From IMG/VR virus record IMGVR_UViG_3300046804_005146, positions 1 through 64,000 of that record: 64,000 bases of DNA; one strand, written 5' to 3'. The stretch's first letter is position 1; each line of letters starts with the position of its first letter. The position numbers and the translations under genes are program-made. Below are positions 57,995 to 64,000 of the stretch, in pieces. Under the pieces are notes generated by a model. That model was not told the DNA's origin. It worked only from the letters and a program-made list of their open reading frames with translations, and did no database searches. This stretch comes from a virus.

Positions 57995-58732
57995 ATGAAG
58001 GTAAGAATTATTAATAAGAAGGATTTTGTTTCTAACTTTTTAGGGTCAATTTCTAACGTAAATGAATCATGCGTTTTAAAAGTATCTCAAAATTCTATTG
58101 AAACTTTACTAGCATCTGCAGATTCTACTTTAGTGGTGCACGGTAAAACAGCTGCTGTAGCAGATGGTACTAAGCAAATTAATATACCAGACGTTAAAAA
58201 GTTTGTAAGAGTTCTAGATTGCGTTAATATTTCTGATGAAACTCCGTTGGAGTTCAATGTAACTAATAATTGTATCAAATACACAAGTAGTGAATATAAA
58301 TTTTCATATCATTTGCTAGAAGACGGTATTATTAAATCACCGTCTCTTAATATTGATAGGGTTAATGAGCTAAAGTTTGATACGACGTTTAATATTACAG
58401 AGAATGAGCTTAATAATTTGTTTAAAGGCAGCTCATTTACAACTAATACCAACAAGCTTTATATATTTTGCGAAAATAACTGCATTTTTGGTGAGTTAGG
58501 CGATAAGACAAGACACAATACTGATAACTTTCAATGTGTTTTAAGTAAAACTTACACCGGTCAACCACTATCTAAGTCTATTCCTATTAATTTTGATACA
58601 TTTAGACTCATTAACTACAATAAATGTAAAGAGTTGCAAGTTAGCGTTAGTATGTCTTTTGGTGTTTTGAAAGTATCTATAACTAAAGGAGATACTAATT
58701 TGATTTATGTAATCTCAGCTTTAATTAATTGA
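57995..58732 (+). CDS. Sliding clamp gp45/PCNA-like
   Basis: Size, context, INIPDVKKFVRVL, FSYHL. Confidence 0.7.
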   Translation: MKVRIINKKDFVSNFLGSISNVNESCVLKVSQNSIETLLASADSTLVVHGKTAAVADGTKQINIPDVKKFVRVLDCVNISDETPLEFNVTNNCIKYTSSEYKFSYHLLEDGIIKSPSLNIDRVNELKFDTTFNITENELNNLFKGSSFTTNTNKLYIFCENNCIFGELGDKTRHNTDNFQCVLSKTYTGQPLSKSIPINFDTFRLINYNKCKELQVSVSMSFGVLKVSITKGDTNLIYVISALIN

Positions 58733-58733
58733 T

Positions 58734-59126
58734 ATGATTAATAAATTTTTTGATAAGCAAGAAAGAAAAGTCTCAAATAAGATTAAGACTGCAGGCTATT
58801 TTATCAAAAGATTGAAAGATAGCGGTTTTGTTGTATTTAAAATCTTTAATGCCTACGGTGCTAGTGATCCTAGACGTTGGACTGTATTAGTAGACCCAGG
58901 GGTAGCTTCTGTTTATATTACTTGCTATACCAATAAGAACGAATTAGGAGAAGTTTTATTTGAAATTGATGATGGTGGTCAAAAAATACCAAACAAATTA
59001 TATTTTAAAACAGAAAGTATTGAAACTTTAGTTACATATTTAATTGAAAATGGGGTTAATAATGATCCAGCCAAAAGCCCATTTGCAAAACTAAATAATG
59101 AATATGGACGGCGCAACCAACAATAA
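58734..59126 (+). CDS. Hypothetical protein
   Basis: 130 aa ORF. Confidence 0.65.
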   Translation: MINKFFDKQERKVSNKIKTAGYFIKRLKDSGFVVFKIFNAYGASDPRRWTVLVDPGVASVYITCYTNKNELGEVLFEIDDGGQKIPNKLYFKTESIETLVTYLIENGVNNDPAKSPFAKLNNEYGRRNQQ

Positions 59127-59472
59127 TGACGCAAACGAGGCGCCTAAGACAGAGAAAAAAGTGACTTCAAAAAAAATAGTAAAACAGATTAATAGTCCTG
59201 AAGTAAACGAAGTTATCAAGCAAGCGTTACGTGAGTATATAAGAAAAAATAACGAAATTTCACGTACTGAAATTGAATTAGATGCAATGGTTTCTACTTG
59301 TCAAGAATTTCTACAAAGTTTCATAATTTTTGGTTACACATTTGACGGTCAACCAATAGATCCAATATTTTTTGCACACAATCAACAAGAAGCGGATGCA
59401 TTGAGTATGTATTTGACAAAATTTTTCAATGCTCATGTAGTGAACGGTGGACAAAATAATTCATTCAAGTAA
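59104..59472 (+). CDS. Hypothetical protein
   Basis: ATG 59104 is 6 nt after TAAATA (59092-59097), preferred over 59098. Confidence 0.6.
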   Translation: MDGATNNNDANEAPKTEKKVTSKKIVKQINSPEVNEVIKQALREYIRKNNEISRTEIELDAMVSTCQEFLQSFIIFGYTFDGQPIDPIFFAHNQQEADALSMYLTKFFNAHVVNGGQNNSFK

Positions 59473-59484
59473 AATACTTGAATA

Positions 59485-60159
59485 ATGTACACCAATTTAA
59501 TTGCTATCACTAATCCGCAAATTGAAGCTACATCTGTAAACCGTACTTACAGTGCTTTGTCACCAGAAGAGTTTATTGTTTATATTGCACGAGTTAGCAA
59601 TCCGAACAATCAATTAAATTTAGAGACAGGTCATAAGCTTATACGTTATCTTATCAAACATAAGCATTGGTCTCCTTTCGAACACGTAAGCTGTACGTTT
59701 GAGATAAAGACGTCGAGAGCTATTGCTGCACAAATTCTTAGACACCGTTCATTCACTTTTCAAGAATTTTCACAGCGATACGCACAAGTCACAGAACTTG
59801 AATCTGTAGAGTGGCGAAAGCAAGGTAAAACTAACAGACAAGTAGGAGACGAAGTAATTAAATTACCAGATCATTTACAATATGCTGTAGATGAAACTCT
59901 ACGCAACACCGAAGCTCTTTATAATCAGTTAATTAATGAAGGCATCGCAAAGGAGTGTGCTAGAATGATATTGCCTCTGAATACTAGCACCACTATTTAC
60001 ATGACTGGCTCATTAAGAAGTTGGATTCATTACTTAAATTTACGTTGCGAAGCTGGTACACAGAAAGAACATAGAGAGATAGCTGATTCTATCAAAGAAA
60101 GACTCAAGATAGTGTTTCCAACAGTGTTCGAAACGTTAGAAACTATGGAATCCACGTGA
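59485..60159 (+). CDS. thyX: FAD-dependent thymidylate synthase
   Basis: HWSPFEH, QILRHRSFTFQEFSQRY, ARMILP, QKEHR. Confidence 0.95.
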   Translation: MYTNLIAITNPQIEATSVNRTYSALSPEEFIVYIARVSNPNNQLNLETGHKLIRYLIKHKHWSPFEHVSCTFEIKTSRAIAAQILRHRSFTFQEFSQRYAQVTELESVEWRKQGKTNRQVGDEVIKLPDHLQYAVDETLRNTEALYNQLINEGIAKECARMILPLNTSTTIYMTGSLRSWIHYLNLRCEAGTQKEHREIADSIKERLKIVFPTVFETLETMEST

Positions 60160-60175
60160 TTCCCGTTAAAATTCA

Positions 60176-60532
60176 ATGGTCAAAATGGAAACCTTAGATA
60201 AGTTTAATGTAGTTAAGGGAATCATTGATAGTTTAAAGAAAAGGAACTGTAAACCTAAGAAAAAACAGGTTTATGCTGTAGGTACCGGTACATATGTTGG
60301 TGAGATGTTAGTTTTTGTTAGAGAACATGGAGATAGCTATCATTTCTTATCAATTCCAAAGAATAGGAACAGGAAAGTGCCTATAGAAAAGTTTAATTTT
60401 GCTGTAGAGCATAAAATCATCGAATTAGTACAAGAGCTACCTAGTAAAATATACAAAATTTGTGTAGCACAGTTTGCATACAATGAAAGACATCCAGTAA
60501 AACAAGAAAGCCCTAAAGAAACGCTTAAGTAA
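60176..60532 (+). CDS. Hypothetical protein
   Basis: 118 aa ORF. Confidence 0.6.
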   Translation: MVKMETLDKFNVVKGIIDSLKKRNCKPKKKQVYAVGTGTYVGEMLVFVREHGDSYHFLSIPKNRNRKVPIEKFNFAVEHKIIELVQELPSKIYKICVAQFAYNERHPVKQESPKETLK

Positions 60533-60536
60533 TATT

Positions 60537-60779
60537 ATGGACATGTTCATAGAACCAAAAAACATACTATCACCTTACACAGGAAATTCGGTTTTTCCTA
60601 AAATTTCAACATACACACATGACGGGAAAACATACGAACAAGCAGTTTACACAGATCCAATTACAGGTCACTTTGTAAAAAAGGGATTAGTCAGTATTAA
60701 AGATGCAAAAACTGGTGAAATTCTTCAAAGTTACGAAAAGAACCAGTTAAATTCATTGAATAATCAGAGTTATAGATAA
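60537..60779 (+). CDS. Hypothetical protein
   Basis: 80 aa ORF. Confidence 0.6.
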   Translation: MDMFIEPKNILSPYTGNSVFPKISTYTHDGKTYEQAVYTDPITGHFVKKGLVSIKDAKTGEILQSYEKNQLNSLNNQSYR

Positions 60780-60789
60780 TAATAACAGG

Positions 60790-61842
60790 GTGATCCCTGT
60801 ACCTGAGCAATATGTAGTAGAAACTTTTTATAAATGCGTTAGTCATCCGACGTATAATAAATTTTCAAAAGTTTATAACGGTAGTTGCCCATTTTGTAGA
60901 GAAGGAAAAAGCTTTGGAAAAAAGACTCGCTTCTTTTACATACCAGAAAAAGAGTTAGCTTTCTGTCATAACTGTGGTTATAGCAAAAAAGCATTTAATT
61001 TTATTATCGATGTTACAGGTAAACCTTTTAATATTGTTATTAATGAAATAAAACAGGGTGAATACTCCAGTACACCACAACCTACAGTTCAAAAAAAAGA
61101 AGAAACTGCAATATTCGAACAACCAAAAAATAGTTTACCAGCAGATTGTATAAATCTTACTGATAAAACACAGACAGACTTCTATAAAGACAATAATGTA
61201 GTTCAAATAGCGTTGGATTATATTAAAAAAAGACGTTTAGATATTGCTATAAACCGTCCTCGAACATTTTATCTATCGTTAACAGATCCAACCCATAAAA
61301 ATAGACTTGTTTTACCGTTTTATGATACGTTTGGAGACATAATTTACTATCAAACACGTACATTACTTGAAGCTGATAACAGAATCAAACCAAAATACTT
61401 GAGTAAAAAGGGAGCTGAGCGTAGTTTATCAGGTATACATAGTATCGACCCGTATCTACAACATGTTTTTCTTTTTGAAGGACCTATTGACAGCTATTTT
61501 TGTAAAAATGGATTAGCAGTTTGTGGTATTACAGAAGAATCTTCTAAAGTTTTTACTAATTTACAACAACAGCAGATAGCTTCTTTATCTTTGCATCAAA
61601 AAGTTTGGTGTTTAGATAATCAATGGCAAGATAAAGCATCCTTAAAAAAGAGTATAGCACTGTCAGATACAGATGATAGCATTTTTATTTGGCCAGAAGA
61701 GCTTAAAACAGTAAAAGACCTCAATGATTATTGCATTGAGGTCGGTGTAAATGGTGTTGATCCAGACTTTATATTAAAAAATACGTATAAAGGGCTGAAA
61801 GCTAAACTTATTTTAACTAAGATTAAGTGTACTTGTACTTAG
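60790..61842 (+). CDS. DNA primase gp61-like
   Basis: CPFC..CHNC zinc finger, FEGPIDS, LDN, KDLND. Confidence 0.93.
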   Translation: MIPVPEQYVVETFYKCVSHPTYNKFSKVYNGSCPFCREGKSFGKKTRFFYIPEKELAFCHNCGYSKKAFNFIIDVTGKPFNIVINEIKQGEYSSTPQPTVQKKEETAIFEQPKNSLPADCINLTDKTQTDFYKDNNVVQIALDYIKKRRLDIAINRPRTFYLSLTDPTHKNRLVLPFYDTFGDIIYYQTRTLLEADNRIKPKYLSKKGAERSLSGIHSIDPYLQHVFLFEGPIDSYFCKNGLAVCGITEESSKVFTNLQQQQIASLSLHQKVWCLDNQWQDKASLKKSIALSDTDDSIFIWPEELKTVKDLNDYCIEVGVNGVDPDFILKNTYKGLKAKLILTKIKCTCT

Positions 61843-62251
61843 GATCATTAGCAGTAGCTAAATAACCCTTTAACATTTCACTTAATGAACTAATTTCAAC
61901 TGCAACACGTGCAATTTTCTTAGTTTCAGCAGTACTAATCTTATCAAATAGAGTGTCAGATTCAGCTGAATTCAATTTCGACTGAATACTTTCAGGTCCT
62001 GTGCCGTTTAGGTATGTGGAAAACTCATCTAATCTGGCAATCCATTGTTTTAGATCTTCATACATCTTCTTTTGAATGGAAGTCATTGTAGCTTCACCAG
62101 CAGGTACGTTAGGAACATTAGCATCAAAGTCAGAAATATTAGTATCTTTATCGAGAGTCTGCTGCATAGCAGCTTGATCATCGGTTAGCTCAGGAGTTTC
62201 AACGTCTTGCTCCACTAAAAACCTTTTAAATCTGTTTTCATACATACTCAT
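61823..62251 (-). CDS. Hypothetical late protein with capsid-targeting-like N-terminus
   Basis: RFKRFLVE; TAAATA 7 nt upstream. Confidence 0.7.
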   Translation of the reverse strand: MSMYENRFKRFLVEQDVETPELTDDQAAMQQTLDKDTNISDFDANVPNVPAGEATMTSIQKKMYEDLKQWIARLDEFSTYLNGTGPESIQSKLNSAESDTLFDKISTAETKKIARVAVEISSLSEMLKGYLATANDPKYKYT

Positions 62252-62287
62252 ATGCTATTATTTATTAGTCTCCCATAAATATTTAAG

Positions 62288-62656
62288 ATGAAAAGGCTAA
62301 TTTCAGAGGACCAAAAGATATACGATGTTCAACGTCAACAACAAGGTATAAAAAACCAATATGACCCTCAATTAAACAAAGTTGACACGTTAGTTAAACA
62401 GAACAACAAGGATAATCATTTAGCTCCACGTATTAAACCGTATCCTCTTGATTTGCATGATCAAATACTATCAAACATGTATATTGATATGATGAATTAC
62501 AACAAAATGCTGCTTAATGGTATAGATACAATACAAGGTATGAATAAACCTGAGCTACAGCAAATGATACCTGTTCTTAGAGAAATAGAAAAGAAAATTA
62601 AACATATTAATGAAGTTTTAGTTGAAGTAGACGGACTTATGACTAAAATCTCTTAA
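62288..62656 (+). CDS. Hypothetical late protein
   Basis: MKRLISE; TAAATA 6 nt upstream. Confidence 0.65.
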   Translation: MKRLISEDQKIYDVQRQQQGIKNQYDPQLNKVDTLVKQNNKDNHLAPRIKPYPLDLHDQILSNMYIDMMNYNKMLLNGIDTIQGMNKPELQQMIPVLREIEKKIKHINEVLVEVDGLMTKIS

Positions 62657-63036
62657 TGTTGCAAAGAATTTTTATTTCTTTAGGTATTACTAGTTTAGTT
62701 AGCGTTTTAGTTGGACTTTTAGTATCAAAATTTTGGTTGGGGTTTGCTTTAAGCTTTATTTTACAAGTAGTCTTTTTTTACTTGTTTAATAGTGTTTATG
62801 AAAATAGACTTATAGAAAGAGCTCAAATTTTAAAATTGGAAGAAGTGAAAGAACTTTCAAAAAATAAAGTAATCTTGGAGTGTCCTTGTGCAGAAAAAAA
62901 TAAACAAGAAATTAATATGAGATTTGATGAAAATGTGGTTTACGAATGTTCAAAATGCAAAAAGAATATTAAAGCTGATGCAATAGTGAAGAATGTATTA
63001 ACAACTCAACCAATTTACTTCAATGACAGAACTTGA
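62656..63036 (+). CDS. Two-TM membrane protein with C-terminal zinc-ribbon-like motif
   Basis: Two hydrophobic segments; CPC...CSKC. Confidence 0.65.
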   Translation: MLQRIFISLGITSLVSVLVGLLVSKFWLGFALSFILQVVFFYLFNSVYENRLIERAQILKLEEVKELSKNKVILECPCAEKNKQEINMRFDENVVYECSKCKKNIKADAIVKNVLTTQPIYFNDRT

Positions 63037-63430
63037 AAGAGTAATTAAAGACGTATCACCGACATCTTTTGATGTCAAAATACCTGACCCTGTATATAAC
63101 ATTCAAGAAGTACATGATTCTATTTCTAAAAATTTAAGATTTGGAGTAGACCAAACACTTAGTTACAGAGAAGGTTTAGAAACAGAAAAAAATAAAAATT
63201 CTAACATTGTTGCGCTTGTACAAGACGTTTTTCTTCAAATGCTTGACAAGCATGAAACGATTACTGATGATAAAACTACTAAAACAGTTTATTTACAAAA
63301 TAAAAAGATTGCAAGAGACCTTTTAATCAACACCTTTACTATTATAAATCACTTTAACAGTAATGATGTTAGCAACAAAACGGTCCTACTAGGAAAACTA
63401 ATACAATCTATACATGACAGAAGATTTTAA
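63023..63430 (+). CDS. Hypothetical protein
   Basis: 135 aa ORF in coupled run. Confidence 0.6.
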   Translation: MTELERVIKDVSPTSFDVKIPDPVYNIQEVHDSISKNLRFGVDQTLSYREGLETEKNKNSNIVALVQDVFLQMLDKHETITDDKTTKTVYLQNKKIARDLLINTFTIINHFNSNDVSNKTVLLGKLIQSIHDRRF

Positions 63431-63626
63431 AATTGAATACAACGTAGAATTTCTTGCAAGATTTGCTTGTCTTATGGAAGCCGTAAATTTAGCTTGCCAG
63501 AAAGCAGAACAGCTTGGAATTAATCCGGATAAGGATTCAAGTTGGATTAAACCTCTAGCTTTTCAGAAATATATTGAAGAGCGAGAGAAAGACATGAAGC
63601 ACCAAATTGTTAAGTGGTATCAATAA
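63414..63626 (+). CDS. Hypothetical protein
   Basis: 70 aa ORF in coupled run. Confidence 0.55.
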   Translation: MTEDFKIEYNVEFLARFACLMEAVNLACQKAEQLGINPDKDSSWIKPLAFQKYIEEREKDMKHQIVKWYQ

Positions 63627-64000
63627 TAATCACCGTAAACACTGGTGTTATTATTAGCAGACATGTTAAACACAACTGTCTTACTAACCTGGTCAACGGA
63701 AATATTCTGTTTTAATTCAGGATATTTCTTAGCAGGTGACGGATCTTGTGTACCACCAGGTAATATACCGCTTTTAGCATCTTCAAATACTTGATCACTA
63801 AGTCTTTCTGCTGAAAGACCAGGTTCAAAGCTGTAATCAAATCTCTTAGCCTTCAACATCCACACGTAATGTCCTCCTAAAAGGTTTATTTTGGAAATAT
63901 CTTGATCAAGAACTTCAGTTACTTCAAATTGAATACCACTTCTACCACCAGGACGACCTTTACCATACTCAGTCATTACAAATACGTCGCCAGCTTTTGG
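63620..64000 (-). CDS. Neck protein gp14-like, C-terminal part (starts beyond window)
   Basis: PKAGD..FEVTEV..YVWMLKAKRFDYSFE; frame open to window end. Confidence 0.6.
   Translation of the reverse strand, partial: PKAGDVFVMTEYGKGRPGGRSGIQFEVTEVLDQDISKINLLGGHYVWMLKAKRFDYSFEPGLSAERLSDQVFEDAKSGILPGGTQDPSPAKKYPELKQNISVDQVSKTVVFNMSANNNTSVYGDYY

Noticed and set aside
42902-58284. Minus-strand short ORFs inside gp46, gp43, gp32, gp45 and neighbours
   Set aside because: Antisense shadows of well-supported plus-strand genes, with no promoter motif or recognisable domain
1-64000. Stop-codon reassignment, CRISPR array, tRNA genes
   Set aside because: Core genes are full length in the standard code and end in TAA, TAG or TGA; no spaced direct repeats or cloverleafs noticed by eye (a tRNAscan run would be decisive)

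Overview
This is an AT-rich, densely coding segment of a large T4-like myophage, with no host housekeeping genes, rRNA, tRNA or CRISPR array seen. It carries the T4-type replication, recombination and late-transcription core (UvsY, UvsW, gp55, gp47, gp46, gp43, UvsX, gp41, gp32, gp45, gp61, with gp62 displaced). It also has a few virion genes (gp5-like hub, gp10-like C-terminal domain, partial gp14-like), class II RNR, ThyX, PhoH, Hsp20 and GroES. Six things stand out. (1) A complete but scattered 7-deazaguanine pathway (FolE, QueD, QueE, QueC, QueF) comes with a TGT/DpdA-like gene coupled to a nucleotide kinase and a coupled amidotransferase-GNAT-glycosyltransferase operon, suggesting a further-decorated preQ1 DNA base. 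(2) Promoter motifs sit 5-8 nt before start codons across the window, implying largely leaderless expression. (3) Many proteins start with T4 capsid-targeting-like peptides, including a six-HTH array fused to a methyltransferase-like domain. (4) There is a ten-gene glycosyltransferase operon. (5) A candidate structured RNA lies between queD and folE. (6) There is a candidate A_AAA_AAG -1 frameshift. All calls come from reading motifs by eye; no database searches were run.
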